The position numbers were made by a program, and so were the translations under genes. A stretch of DNA of 64,000 nucleotides from a candidate division TM6 bacterium GW2011_GWF2_28_16 (GTDB taxonomy: Bacteria > Patescibacteriota > Microgenomatia > UBA1400 > PJMF01): contig CP011212.1 of the NCBI GenBank assembly GCA_001029715.1, positions 398,936 to 462,935 of the forward strand. Direction: 5' to 3'. This document shows positions 37,271 through 47,690 of this stretch, in pieces. Positions within the stretch are counted from its first letter, which is position 1. Every line of letters starts with the position of its first letter. Under the pieces are notes generated by a model. That model was not told the origin of the DNA, searched no databases, and worked only from the letters and a program-made list of their open reading frames with translations.

Positions 37271-39487
37271 ATGTCTTTTAGATCTGGTAAGTGGCAAGAA
37301 GAAATTAACACTAGGGATTTTATTTTAAATAATTTTACTCCCTACGATGGCGATAATTCTTTTCTAAAAGGTCCCACCGAAGCGACCAAAGAACTTTGGC
37401 AAAAATCTAGCGAACTTTTACAAAAAGAGATGAAAAATGGTGGTATTTTAGATATTGATACCAAAACCATCTCTTCAATAACCAGCCATAAACCTGGATA
37501 TTTAGATAAGAAAATTGAAAAGATTGTTGGTTTTCAAACAGACGCTCCACTAAAAAGAGCCATGAAGCCTTATGGAGGTATTAGAGTGGTTGAGGCTGCT
37601 TGTGAAGAAAATGGCTACAAAGTTGATCCGGCAGTTTCTGAAATTTTTAATAAATATCGTAAATCTCATAATGATGGTGTTTTTGATGTTTATACTAAAA
37701 CTATGCGTCAACTACGTTCAACTGGTATTTTGACTGGTTTACCAGACAATTATGCTCGTGGCAGAATTATTGGTGATTATCGTCGTGTGGCTTTATATGG
37801 TATCGATCGTTTAGTTGAGGCCAAAAAAGCAGATAAAGAGACTTTGGATGGCGTAATGACTGATGATTTAATCAGACTCCGTGAAGAAATCAGTGAACAA
37901 ATTAAAGCTTTAGGAGAAATGAAGGAAATGGCTCTTAGCTATGGCTTTGATATTTCTAAACCAGCCAAAAATGCTCAAGAAGCCATTCAATGGACTTGGT
38001 TTGGTTTCTTAGCCGCTCTAAAGGAACAAGATGGTGCAGCCATGAGTTTGGGCAATGTCAGTACTTTTTTTGATGTTTATATCGAAAGAGATCTAAAAAA
38101 TGGCAATTTAACTGAAGTTGAGGCTCAAGAATTAGTTGATCATTTCATCATGAAATGTCGTCTCATTCGTCATTTGCGCATGGATGCTTATAATGAGCTT
38201 TTTGCTGGAGATCCAACCTGGATTACGGAAGCAATTGGTGGCTTTTTCTCTAATGGTCAACACAAAATTACCAAGACTAGTTTTAGATTTTTACAAAGTT
38301 TATATAATATTGGTCCAGCTCCAGAGCCAAACTTAACTATTTTATGGTCAGATAAGCTTCCAAAGGGTTTCAAGAAGTTTGCTGCTCAGGTTTCGATTGA
38401 CACTTCTTCACTGCAATATGAAAATGACAGCCTGATGCGTGAGGCAGGCAATTGTGATGATTATTGTATTGCTTGTTGTGTTTCGATGATGGAAACCGGC
38501 AAAGAAATGCAATTTTTTGGAGCACGCTGCAATTTAGCTAAAGCTTTGCTAATGGCTCTTAATGAGGGTCGTGATGAAATCAGTGGTGAGCTAGTGGTGA
38601 CTGGAATTGAAAAAATGCCAGCTGGCCCAATTAAATATGAAGAATTTATTAAGAGATTTAAGCAAACTGTAGCTTATTTAGCTAAAGCTTACGTTAATAC
38701 CATGGACGTCATTCATTATATGCATGACAAATATTATTATGAAAAAGCTCAAATGGCCTTGATGGATACCGAGGTTAAAAGAAATATGGCTTTTGGTATG
38801 GCAGGATTAAGCGTAGTGGCAGATTCTATTTCAGCGATTAAATTTGCCAAAGTTACACCAATTCGCAATGAAGAAGGTTTGACGACTGGTTTTGAGACAG
38901 AAGGTGAATTCCCAATGTATGGCAATGATGATGATCGCGTTGATACAATCGCTCAGAGCTTGGTTAGCGATTTTAATAAAGAATTGGCTAAGCAACACAT
39001 TTATCGTGATGCAACTCCAACTTTGTCGATTTTAACCATCACTTCTAACGTTGTTTATGGCAAGAAAACTGGTTCTACCCCAGACGGACGTAAAAAAGGT
39101 GAACCTTTTGCTCCAGGAGCGAATCCAATGCATGGTCGTGATCATTCAGGTGCAATTGCCTCACTAAATTCAGTGGCCAAGATTGATTATCATGATGCTA
39201 GAGATGGTGTTTCTAACACTTTTTCAATCGTGCCAAAAACCTTAGGTGAAAATAAGGAAACTCAGGTCAACAATCTTTTGGCAATGCTTGATGGTTACTT
39301 TAACAAAAACGCTCATCACCTAAACGTTAATGTTTTGAATCGTGAAACTTTGGAAGATGCTATGAAGCATCCAGAGAAATATCCACAATTAACCATTCGT
39401 GTTTCTGGATATGCGGTTAACTTTGTCAGACTGAGTGAGGCTCATCAACGAGAAGTCATTGCTAGAACCTTTCATGAAAGCATGTAA
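37271..39487 (+). CDS. pflB: Formate C-acetyltransferase (pyruvate formate-lyase)
   Basis: Catalytic CC (IACCVSM) and glycyl-radical motif RVSGYAV near the C-terminus. Start set at ATG 37271 with a GAAAGG SD. Confidence 0.9.
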   Translation: MSFRSGKWQEEINTRDFILNNFTPYDGDNSFLKGPTEATKELWQKSSELLQKEMKNGGILDIDTKTISSITSHKPGYLDKKIEKIVGFQTDAPLKRAMKPYGGIRVVEAACEENGYKVDPAVSEIFNKYRKSHNDGVFDVYTKTMRQLRSTGILTGLPDNYARGRIIGDYRRVALYGIDRLVEAKKADKETLDGVMTDDLIRLREEISEQIKALGEMKEMALSYGFDISKPAKNAQEAIQWTWFGFLAALKEQDGAAMSLGNVSTFFDVYIERDLKNGNLTEVEAQELVDHFIMKCRLIRHLRMDAYNELFAGDPTWITEAIGGFFSNGQHKITKTSFRFLQSLYNIGPAPEPNLTILWSDKLPKGFKKFAAQVSIDTSSLQYENDSLMREAGNCDDYCIACCVSMMETGKEMQFFGARCNLAKALLMALNEGRDEISGELVVTGIEKMPAGPIKYEEFIKRFKQTVAYLAKAYVNTMDVIHYMHDKYYYEKAQMALMDTEVKRNMAFGMAGLSVVADSISAIKFAKVTPIRNEEGLTTGFETEGEFPMYGNDDDRVDTIAQSLVSDFNKELAKQHIYRDATPTLSILTITSNVVYGKKTGSTPDGRKKGEPFAPGANPMHGRDHSGAIASLNSVAKIDYHDARDGVSNTFSIVPKTLGENKETQVNNLLAMLDGYFNKNAHHLNVNVLNRETLEDAMKHPEKYPQLTIRVSGYAVNFVRLSEAHQREVIARTFHESM

Positions 39488-40220
39488 TCTGAAAATCCAT
39501 TCGATTGAAACCTTTGGGACTCATGATGGTCCAGGTATTCGTTTGGTAATTTTTGCACAGGGCTGTCTTTTTCGCTGTCTTTATTGTCACAACCCAGACA
39601 CACAAGCTTTGGAAACTGATAAAACCAAAACGATTAAAATTAAAGAAATTCTTGAACTTTTAGAAAAGCAAAGAACCTATTTTGGCAAAACTGGTGGCTT
39701 AACGATTTCTGGTGGTGAGCCAACACTACAAGCCACTGGGTTAATTGAACTTTTCAAAGAATGCAAAAAAAGAGCTTTTAATACCTGTCTCGATACTTGT
39801 GGAGCAATTTATAGCCGAGAAGTGCAAGAGCTTTATGATTTAGCTGATTTAGTCATGCTTGATGTTAAACACATTGATGATGGCTGGCACCAAAAATTAA
39901 CTGGGATGAGCAATGCTAATACTCTTAAAAACGCTGCTTATCGAGAAAAAACAGGCAAAGAATTGTGGTTGCGCTATGTTTTGGTGCCCGGTTGGACCGA
40001 TCAAGAAGAACATCTGGAAACATGGGCTAAGTATTTTGCAAATTATAAAACTCTTAAAAGAGTAGAATTAATTCCTTATCATAAATTAGGAGTTTTTAAG
40101 TATGAGGCTTTGGGTCGTAAATATGAACTCGATGGAGTTGAGCCCCCGACAAAAACTGAGATTGCTAAAGCAGCAGAAATTTTTATAAAGTATTTAGGTA
40201 ATAAAGTTGTGGTGGTTTAA
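39474..40220 (+). CDS. pflA: Pyruvate formate-lyase activating enzyme (radical SAM)
   Basis: [25 protein letters not shown] (CxxxCxxC). Collinear with the E. coli PflA N-terminus. Overlaps pflB by 14 nt. Confidence 0.9.
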   Translation: MKACNLKIHSIETFGTHDGPGIRLVIFAQGCLFRCLYCHNPDTQALETDKTKTIKIKEILELLEKQRTYFGKTGGLTISGGEPTLQATGLIELFKECKKRAFNTCLDTCGAIYSREVQELYDLADLVMLDVKHIDDGWHQKLTGMSNANTLKNAAYREKTGKELWLRYVLVPGWTDQEEHLETWAKYFANYKTLKRVELIPYHKLGVFKYEALGRKYELDGVEPPTKTEIAKAAEIFIKYLGNKVVVV

Positions 40221-40247
40221 GTCATCTCAATGAATAGAAAGTAAATT

Positions 40248-42335
40248 ATGAATTTTGAAGCCCTTTTTTATCCAAAGTCGATCGCTATTGTTGGTGCATC
40301 TAGTAGAGAGAAAACAGTTGGTAATGACGTGGTTAAAAACCTTGTTAGACAGGGCTATGAGGGTAAAATTTATCCAATTAATCCGAAAATTAATAGGCTC
40401 TATGATTTGAAGGTTTATGAGAGTATTGAAAAAATTGCAGATAAAATTGATTTATTAGTGGTGGCTATTCCAGCTAAATTTGTGGCCGAAGAAATTCGTA
40501 AGTCTGCCGAAAAAGGCACTAAGGCTGTGATTGTTATTTCAGCTGGCTTCAAAGAAGCTGGCAATCTAGAACTAGAAAAAGAACTGGCTGAAACTTGCAA
40601 TGAGCTTGAAATTACCTTAATCGGCCCAAATTGTTTGGGTGCAATTAATGCTGAGCATAGCATGAATGCTTCTTTCGCTGCCATCATGCCACCAGTCGGA
40701 GATGTAGCTTTCTTCTCTCAAAGTGGTGCTCTATGCACTGCAGTTTTGGATTATGCCAAAGATATGGGCATTGGTTTCTCTAAGTTTGTGAGTATTGGCA
40801 ATAAAGCTGCTTTAGATGAGCTAGATTTAATTAAATATTTGCATGAAGATCCAAAAACCAAAGTCATTTGTCTTTATGCCGAATCTCTTGAAAATGCTCC
40901 AGAATTTATCAAGGTTTTACGTGAACTGAATAGAGGGGAAAATCCTAAACCAATTATTGTGCTTAAATCTGGTAAGACTAGTGCTGGTGCTGGAGCAATT
41001 GCTTCACATACTGGTTCTTTAAGCAGTGGAGATAGTGCTTACGAAGCTCTTTTTGCTCAGGCAGGGATTATTCGTGCCAATAGCATCAGCGAACTTTTTG
41101 ATTTAGCTCAGGTTTTTTCGATGAATGAGCTCCAAAAAGTTAAAAAAGTAACTATCATCACTAATGCTGGCGGTCCAGGTGTTTTGACTACTGATGCAGT
41201 TGTAGAGAGTGGTTTGGAAATGGCTGAATTAGATCCTAAGACAGTTGCTAAATTGCATTCTTTTTTACCTGCTGCTGCTAGCACTCACAATCCAGTTGAT
41301 GTTTTGGGTGATGCAGTAGGAGAGGTCTATGAAAAGACAATTAGTGTTTTAGCTAAAGATCCAGGCACCGATGCCATTATTCTTCTTTTGACACCTCAAT
41401 CAATGACTGAGCCAGTTAAAACTGCTGAAGCAGTGGTAAAAATGCGTAAAACTAGCAAAAAACCAGTGGTAGTGAGTTTAATGGGCCGAGCTTTGGTAGC
41501 TGAAGGGGTAGAAGTTTTAAAAGAAAATAAAATTGCTTCAACTACTTTTCCAGAGCCAGCCGCAACAGCTTTGGCCAAATTTGCTAAATTTAGTGAATGG
41601 AGTAAAGAAAAGAATGAGTTAGCTTTAAGTTATGATGATGTTGATAAAGCTAAGGTGGCTACAATTTTCACGGAGGCCAAGAGTAAGGGGCAAACTTCTT
41701 TTCCAGAAGCAGAGGCAATGGAGATCATGAGGGCTTATAAATTTCCGCTAATGAAATCTGCTGTAGTTAAAAATGCCAAAGAAGCTTTAAGAATGATGCA
41801 AGAATTTAATTGCGAAGTGGCAATGAAAATTGTTTCTCCAGATATTTTGCACAAAAGCGATGTTGGCGGAGTTAGTTTGGGGGTTACTGCAGAGACTGTA
41901 GTTACTGAATATCAAGCAATGATAAAAAGAGTTGCGCAAAATAAACCTGAAGCAAAATTAGAGGGTGTTTTATTATTACAAATGGCAAAAAAAGGCACAG
42001 AGTTAATTTTGGGTATTAATAAAAATTCTTTAGGCACAATGCTAATGTTTGGTTTGGGTGGTATTTATGTAGAGATATTTAAAGATGTGAAATTTGCTTT
42101 TGCTCCGCTAACCAGAGCTGATGCTTTAAGTATGATAAATGGTTTACATTGTAGTAAATTATTAGAAGGAGCCAGAGGCGAAAAGGCAGTTGATAAAGAA
42201 AAAATTATTGAAGCTATTGGTCGCTTGTCTCAATTGGTAAATGATTTTCCAGAAATTGTTGAATTAGACATCAACCCTTTATTGGTTAATGCTGAAGGCA
42301 CTAAAGTTTTAGATGCAAGAGTGGTGATTGAATAA
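40248..42335 (+). CDS. Acetate--CoA ligase (ADP-forming), fused alpha/beta subunits
   Basis: N-terminal CoA-binding domain (SIAIVGASSREKTVGN), succinyl-CoA-synthetase-like ligase domain, C-terminal ATP-grasp. 695 aa. Confidence 0.85.
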   Translation: MNFEALFYPKSIAIVGASSREKTVGNDVVKNLVRQGYEGKIYPINPKINRLYDLKVYESIEKIADKIDLLVVAIPAKFVAEEIRKSAEKGTKAVIVISAGFKEAGNLELEKELAETCNELEITLIGPNCLGAINAEHSMNASFAAIMPPVGDVAFFSQSGALCTAVLDYAKDMGIGFSKFVSIGNKAALDELDLIKYLHEDPKTKVICLYAESLENAPEFIKVLRELNRGENPKPIIVLKSGKTSAGAGAIASHTGSLSSGDSAYEALFAQAGIIRANSISELFDLAQVFSMNELQKVKKVTIITNAGGPGVLTTDAVVESGLEMAELDPKTVAKLHSFLPAAASTHNPVDVLGDAVGEVYEKTISVLAKDPGTDAIILLLTPQSMTEPVKTAEAVVKMRKTSKKPVVVSLMGRALVAEGVEVLKENKIASTTFPEPAATALAKFAKFSEWSKEKNELALSYDDVDKAKVATIFTEAKSKGQTSFPEAEAMEIMRAYKFPLMKSAVVKNAKEALRMMQEFNCEVAMKIVSPDILHKSDVGGVSLGVTAETVVTEYQAMIKRVAQNKPEAKLEGVLLLQMAKKGTELILGINKNSLGTMLMFGLGGIYVEIFKDVKFAFAPLTRADALSMINGLHCSKLLEGARGEKAVDKEKIIEAIGRLSQLVNDFPEIVELDINPLLVNAEGTKVLDARVVIE

Positions 42336-42368
42336 GCTAAAGCCATCTGGTGTTATAATATTCTTTAA

Positions 42369-43499
42369 ATGAAATCAGCTATTTATGCTTTTTCTGGCGA
42401 TCCAATTACCTTCGGTCATCTTGATGTTATTCAGCGTGCAGCAGCAGTTTTTGATCGCTTGGTGGTAGCGATTGGTCTTAATCCTGCTAAAAAATATCTT
42501 TTTTCTCAAGAAAAACGCACTGAAATGGCGCGTAGATCCCTTTTGACTCTTAAAAATGTAGAAGTGAAATCTTTTCAAGGAATGTTGGTGGATTTTGCTT
42601 ATGAAAATAATATTGATGTGATTGTCAAAGGAGTTAGAAGTGCTCAGGATTTTGAGTATGAGCAAAGCTTACACAGCTTAGGTGAAAGCCAGAAACTTGG
42701 AATAGATACTTTTATTCTTTTTGCTAAACCGTCATTGGCACATATTAGTTCAAGCGCGGTCAAAGAAATTCAGCAAGAACAAGGCTTAATTCAAGATTAT
42801 GTGCCAAGCTATGTTAAACAATGCGTCGAAGCCAAGTTGAGTGAGCAATTCATTGTTGGTCTAACTGGTGAGATTGGAGTTGGGAAATCTTATCTTGGGC
42901 AAAAAATGGTAGCTTTGGCTCAAAAAATGGGTTTAGAAGCACATAACATTGAGTTAGATCATTTGTCTTGGCAAATTCAGTCAGATCTTAAAGAAGAAAA
43001 ATATGAAGTAGTCAGAAAAAAAATTATTGATACTTTTGGTGCAGAAATTGCCAATAATGATGGCAGTATTAACCGTAAGATTTTGGGTGAAATTGTTTTT
43101 GCCAATCAAAAAAAATTAGATAAACTCAATGAAATTATGGAGACTCCAATTTTAGTGCGTTTACGTAGAGAGCTAAAAAATAAGAAAGGTTTAATTTTTC
43201 TTAACGCAGCTTTACTAGTTGAGGCACAAATGAGCCAGCTTTCTAATTACAACACGATTTTGCTCGGTGTGGATGAAAAAACTCAGCAAGAGCGACTTCT
43301 AGAAAGAGGATTAAACAAAGAGCAAATTAAAAGAAGATTAAAAAGTCAGTATGATTTTGCTAATAAGAAAAAGAATTTGCAAAAAGAAATTGAGATGAGC
43401 AAGCAAGGTAAACTTTGGACTTTGAATAAGAAAAATGTTACTGGTGAAGAAATGAAAAAACTATTAAATGAGCTTTTGCTTTATTTTGGCATCAATTAG
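42369..43499 (+). CDS. coaDE: Bifunctional phosphopantetheine adenylyltransferase / dephospho-CoA kinase (CoaD-CoaE fusion)
   Basis: N-terminus aligns to PPAT (FSGDPITFGHLD, DFEYE, ISSSAVKE). C-terminus has the DPCK P-loop IVGLTGEIGVGKSY. Confidence 0.8.
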   Translation: MKSAIYAFSGDPITFGHLDVIQRAAAVFDRLVVAIGLNPAKKYLFSQEKRTEMARRSLLTLKNVEVKSFQGMLVDFAYENNIDVIVKGVRSAQDFEYEQSLHSLGESQKLGIDTFILFAKPSLAHISSSAVKEIQQEQGLIQDYVPSYVKQCVEAKLSEQFIVGLTGEIGVGKSYLGQKMVALAQKMGLEAHNIELDHLSWQIQSDLKEEKYEVVRKKIIDTFGAEIANNDGSINRKILGEIVFANQKKLDKLNEIMETPILVRLRRELKNKKGLIFLNAALLVEAQMSQLSNYNTILLGVDEKTQQERLLERGLNKEQIKRRLKSQYDFANKKKNLQKEIEMSKQGKLWTLNKKNVTGEEMKKLLNELLLYFGIN

Positions 43500-44069
43500 A
43501 ACACCTAGCTTGAATCTCACTAAAGAATAAATCGTTACACAGATAAGAAAAATATAAACGGGGAATCCCCAATGAGCAAAAGTCCAAGATTTAATTGTCA
43601 AGAGAGTTATTCCGGCATTAATCATGCCAAAAAGAAAAATTTTGTAGCTTTCTGATTCTGGTTGACGGTAAGATTTAACAACAGTTGGAATAGAAGCAAA
43701 ACCATCAGCCAAAATAGCAAAGAAGATGGCTAAATTCCCTTCACCAGTTAACTGCCAAATAAGAATTGCAAAAAGAGAAATAGAGCCATAGACGTAGTCC
43801 ATTTTATTTAATTTCCAGTATGATTTTTTGTTAACAAAAGAAGCAATGATAATTAAAAGAGGATTAAAGCCAGTCATAAAAGTCATTAATGAAGTTAATC
43901 CAACTCCTTTGTCTATTTCAGCAGCAAAAGCAATCATTGGGGCTAAGGTCCACAAAAACCAACTAACTCGATTAGGCTTAGTTTTGCCTTTGATGGTATC
44001 AATGAGATAAGTAAGACCACCGTAAAAAGATATTAAAGCTCCCAAAATAATAAATTTTTCATCTAGCAT
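43464..44069 (-). CDS. Hypothetical polytopic membrane protein
   Basis: 201 aa with 5-6 TM. Confidence 0.45.
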   Translation of the reverse strand: MLDEKFIILGALISFYGGLTYLIDTIKGKTKPNRVSWFLWTLAPMIAFAAEIDKGVGLTSLMTFMTGFNPLLIIIASFVNKKSYWKLNKMDYVYGSISLFAILIWQLTGEGNLAIFFAILADGFASIPTVVKSYRQPESESYKIFLFGMINAGITLLTIKSWTFAHWGFPVYIFLICVTIYSLVRFKLGVLIDAKIKQKLI

Positions 44070-44084
44070 GCTTGCATTTTAGCA

Positions 44085-44849
44085 CTAGCTTAGTTCTATA
44101 GAAATGGGGCAGTGGTCTGAACCAAGAATATCTTGATGAATTTCTGCTTTTTTAAGTTTTTTACGTAAATTTGGACTAATAAAGAAATAATCGATTCTCC
44201 AGCCAACGTTGCGTTGTCTAGCTCCAGATCGTTGGCTCCACCAAGAATATTGATCTTTTAGATCAGGATGGAGAGCGCGGAAACTATCTATAAATCCAAT
44301 GCCTAGTAATTTATCTATCCAAGCTCTTTCTTCTTTGAGAAAGCCAGAAATCTGGCTATTTTCCTTTGGTCTAGCTAGATCGATTTCTCGATGAGCAGTG
44401 TTAACATCACCGCAAATGACAATGTTTTTTTCGGTTTTAAGTAATTCCTTTAGATAATCTAGTAAGAAATCATAATAAGCCATTTTGTAGGCGAGGCGCT
44501 CAGAAGAGGCTTTGCCATTGGGAAAATAAATATTGAAGAGAATAAAATTTTCAAATTTAGTAATTAAGGTTCGACCTTCGCGGTCAAATTTTTCATTGTT
44601 GAGACCAATTTTGACTTCGTAGGGTTCTTTTTTACTGTAAGTTATTACTCCACTGTAACCTTTTCTTTCTGCCCAAGCGAAATGACTATGAAAGTTTTCT
44701 AATTCAGTCAATTCAAAACCTAGCTGATCAGGAGAAGCCTTGCTTTCTTGCAAACAAACGATGTCAGCTTGATTGCTTTTCATCCAAGCAAAAAAGCCTT
44801 TTTTAGCAATTGCTCTAATGCCATTCACATTCCAAGAATAAATCTTCAT
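44085..44849 (-). CDS. xth: Exodeoxyribonuclease III
   Basis: MKIYSWNVNGIRA start. QESK, DVNTAHREIDL and SDHCPISIEL motifs of the ExoIII/APE1 family. Confidence 0.85.
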   Translation of the reverse strand: MKIYSWNVNGIRAIAKKGFFAWMKSNQADIVCLQESKASPDQLGFELTELENFHSHFAWAERKGYSGVITYSKKEPYEVKIGLNNEKFDREGRTLITKFENFILFNIYFPNGKASSERLAYKMAYYDFLLDYLKELLKTEKNIVICGDVNTAHREIDLARPKENSQISGFLKEERAWIDKLLGIGFIDSFRALHPDLKDQYSWWSQRSGARQRNVGWRIDYFFISPNLRKKLKKAEIHQDILGSDHCPISIELS

Positions 44850-44885
44850 AATATCGAAATTATAGCGTATATTTGAGCCTGTGTT

Positions 44886-45755
44886 ATGAATCAATTTGAT
44901 CACTTAGTTTTATTAACTCTTACTTACAGCAGTTGTTTCAACTTTGCTTTAAGTGAGAATGAGGTGGCAAGACGCTTAGTGAAAGGCGAAAAAAAATTGT
45001 TCTTTTCTAGAAATAAAATAAAGGTATCTTTAAAAAAATTGCTAGAGCAATCTTTAATTCAAAGTGATGGCCAATATTTTTATTTAGAAGCAAATAATTT
45101 GTTAAATAGAAAAAGTAAAGCTAAATTTGTAGAAAGTAAAAAAGCTGACGCTAAAGAATTTGTTAAACTAGCTCAAAGGGTTCCTTTTGTCAAAGCAATT
45201 GTTTTGACCGGTTCAACAGCTGTTGGCAATGCAGGCAAGAACGATGATTTAGATTTTATGATTATTTGTCAAAATAATACTTTATGGATTACAAGATTTT
45301 TATTAGTTATTTTAACCAAATTAAAAAACAAAAGACCTGGTATTCAGGAAAGCAGTTCTTGGTGCCTCAATCTTTGGTTAGATGAAAATGATTTGGCGAT
45401 GGGAAAACAGAGAAGAAGTCTTTATGAAGCTTATGAAATTTTACAAATGAAATTTATTTTTGATCGCGGTTCTTACGAGCAACTTTTCCTCAATGCCAAT
45501 CAATGGTTAAAAAAACATCTCTTTTTTTATGATAATTTTAAGTTTGGCAGATATAAAAGAGGAATGTCTTTTTCGCTATTCAATCGATTTATGTTTATAA
45601 TCCAAAAACTTTATCGCCAGATTATTTTTGGTAAAGAAAACTTTTCCCTCAGCCCTACCCAAGCATTTTTTAATGAAATTTCATTTAAGGAAAAGCTGTT
45701 TGGAAGGTTGGAGAAGAAATTAGATGAAATTGGCAAACAAACTATCAGTTTTTGA
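44886..45755 (+). CDS. Pol-beta superfamily nucleotidyltransferase domain protein
   Basis: LTGSTAVGNAGKNDDLDFMII matches the G[GS]-x9-13-D-x-D NTase core. ~90-aa N-terminal extension. 3' end overlaps the next gene by 32 nt. Confidence 0.5.
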   Translation: MNQFDHLVLLTLTYSSCFNFALSENEVARRLVKGEKKLFFSRNKIKVSLKKLLEQSLIQSDGQYFYLEANNLLNRKSKAKFVESKKADAKEFVKLAQRVPFVKAIVLTGSTAVGNAGKNDDLDFMIICQNNTLWITRFLLVILTKLKNKRPGIQESSSWCLNLWLDENDLAMGKQRRSLYEAYEILQMKFIFDRGSYEQLFLNANQWLKKHLFFYDNFKFGRYKRGMSFSLFNRFMFIIQKLYRQIIFGKENFSLSPTQAFFNEISFKEKLFGRLEKKLDEIGKQTISF

Positions 45756-46560
45756 GAATACTTGTTTAAAAGATAAAAAAAGAAATAGTTATCTCCTTAA
45801 TTTCATTAAATTGACAGTTGAAAGAAGAACAAATGAACTCAGGTTATTGCAATTAAAAAAATTAACTAAAATAGCTCCATTGATAGATTTGGGAAAATTA
45901 ACTGCTGGACTAGTGCATGATATTAGACAGCCATTGTCAGTATTGAGTCTAATTTTGCAAGACGCTAAAAGAAATAAAAACATAATTTCTAACTTGGACC
46001 AGGCCTTTTTAGCAATTGATAAGATTGATGATCTTTCAAAAATGAGTGCCTGCATACTTTTTAACGAATCAGAACTTGAAGTTTTCAATTTAAACTTAGA
46101 AATTAATAAGCTAATCAGTTTATTTGAATACAAATCTAGAACGAAAAAAGTAAAGATTATTTTCAAGCCCAGTAGAGATTATGAGCTTTATGCAGATAGA
46201 AAAAAATTAAATCAAGTTTTGGCTAATTTAATTTTAAATGCATTGGAATCTTATGAAAATTTAGAAAAAAGTGATAAAGACATATTTATTAAATTAATTA
46301 GAAAACCAAGAAATTTACTTATTAAAATTAAAGACTATGGCGTTGGAATAAAAAAAGAAAATTTATCTTTAATATTTGAGCCAAATTTTTCTTCTAAAAT
46401 TAAAGAAGAGGCACTTGGTTTTGGGCTTTATGTTGGTCAAGAAGCAATGGCAAAAGGATATGGCACAAAGATTAAAGTTGAGAGTAAAGATAAATTTGGC
46501 TCAACTTTCACCTTGTTTATTAAAAGTAAATTTGTCTTAGATGAAAATAAAGCTAAGTAA
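45724..46560 (+). CDS. Soluble histidine kinase (HisKA + HATPase_c, no sensor/TM domain)
   Basis: H-box LVHDIRQPLS, N-box LILNALESY, G-boxes GVGI and GFGLYV. No hydrophobic segment. Confidence 0.7.
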   Translation: MKLANKLSVFENTCLKDKKRNSYLLNFIKLTVERRTNELRLLQLKKLTKIAPLIDLGKLTAGLVHDIRQPLSVLSLILQDAKRNKNIISNLDQAFLAIDKIDDLSKMSACILFNESELEVFNLNLEINKLISLFEYKSRTKKVKIIFKPSRDYELYADRKKLNQVLANLILNALESYENLEKSDKDIFIKLIRKPRNLLIKIKDYGVGIKKENLSLIFEPNFSSKIKEEALGFGLYVGQEAMAKGYGTKIKVESKDKFGSTFTLFIKSKFVLDENKAK

Positions 46561-46770
46561 AATATTTTTATAAAATTACCGCTTGCGCTGATTCTCAATT
46601 CTTGCTACTTTAATTATTGCTGTGGAACATAGTGAAAATCTATGACTGTGCCGCAACGGTAATTCCTTTTTAAGGATTAGTCCGATCTTCAGCAAAAGAG
46701 AAATCTTGACGAGCATCGAGGCTGTATATTTTACTGTCGATGCTCCCTAAAGGGGAGCTTTTTTGTTCAA
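46561..46770 (+). promoter_or_regulatory. Structured leader with alternative hairpins ending in an intrinsic terminator (attenuator/riboswitch-like)
   Basis: Hairpin A is GAGCATCGA (46711-46719) / TCGATGCTC (46736-46744). Its 3' arm overlaps the 5' arm of the terminator GCTCCC(46742-46747)-TAAA-GGGAGC + T6. A further long-range stem lies upstream. Confidence 0.4.
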
Positions 46771-46840
46771 AGAACCACGGCTATTAATATTATTAATAGT
46801 TATCTTCGTGGTTAATTTCTGCGAAGTAAGAAAGGTTTTT

Positions 46841-47542
46841 ATGAACACAAAAGCTATCGAAATGGCAGGCAGTATTGGAATTGAGCTAAGCCAAATAAAT
46901 TCAGAATGGACTTCTCTTCAAAGCATTGATTCTTCTTCAATATTAGAGAATGCAGGTAAGGAAGCAGGCATAGAAGATCGTCAGTGGCAAAAATTGCTTT
47001 CTCAAGCTGGTTCTTGGGTGATTGATGGTTTGGATAAAAAGATATTTGAAATACAAAATAAAGTAATTGAGCAAACAACTGCCATTGAGTTAAGAAAAAT
47101 GTTTGGTGTTCCACTTTCATTGCTAGCAATGCCTGTTTTTGTAGAGTTGGCAGGAATGGAATTGGCAGCGAAAATTGATTTGAAAAAAGAAGCCATGATG
47201 ACCTCTCAAATTTGGGAACAAATTAATAACAGAGTTTTATATATGGTTCAACTTTTCTTAGCAGAGCAAATCAATTTGGTCGAAGATGAAGAAAAAGCTC
47301 ATCAGAGTGCTTTGAGTGAATCAAAGAAAGAAGCCGACGGAGTCTCTGGTTTATCAGAAACGGTGGGAGCTGTGGAGAATCAATTTGCTTCAAAGCTGGA
47401 AAAACTAAAAGATAAGAAAGAATCTTTAATAAGTGTTTTCAAAAAGATTGGTGGAGATTTAGTTAATACTGTTGAGAGAGCTTTTGAGACTACTGTTTTT
47501 AGTGCGAGTAGGCAAAGTACTGCTGTTACGGTGATTCAATAA
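46841..47542 (+). CDS. Hypothetical all-alpha protein
   Basis: Start chosen at ATG 46841 with AAGAAAGG SD (MNTKAIEMAGS...); the track TTG start at 46763 lies inside the terminator. Confidence 0.5.
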   Translation: MNTKAIEMAGSIGIELSQINSEWTSLQSIDSSSILENAGKEAGIEDRQWQKLLSQAGSWVIDGLDKKIFEIQNKVIEQTTAIELRKMFGVPLSLLAMPVFVELAGMELAAKIDLKKEAMMTSQIWEQINNRVLYMVQLFLAEQINLVEDEEKAHQSALSESKKEADGVSGLSETVGAVENQFASKLEKLKDKKESLISVFKKIGGDLVNTVERAFETTVFSASRQSTAVTVIQ

Positions 47543-47547
47543 ACTTG

Positions 47548-47618
47548 ATCCCGGGCCAGGATTTGAACCTAGAATAATTGATTCAGAGTCAATTGTGATG
47601 CCATTTCACTACCCGGGA
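47548..47618 (-). tRNA. tRNA-Gln (anticodon CUG)
   Basis: Reverse complement: acceptor TCCCGGG/CCCGGGA, D-arm GTGA..TCAC, anticodon stem ATTGA/TCAAT with loop CTCTGAA (CUG), T-arm CTAGG-TTCAAAT-CCTGG. Confidence 0.85.
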
Positions 47619-47690
47619 GGGTAAATTTTAAGATTTTTTTATTCTCTGATTATATAACAAAAGCAGTTTTTTGTTCTACAGAGGATAAAT

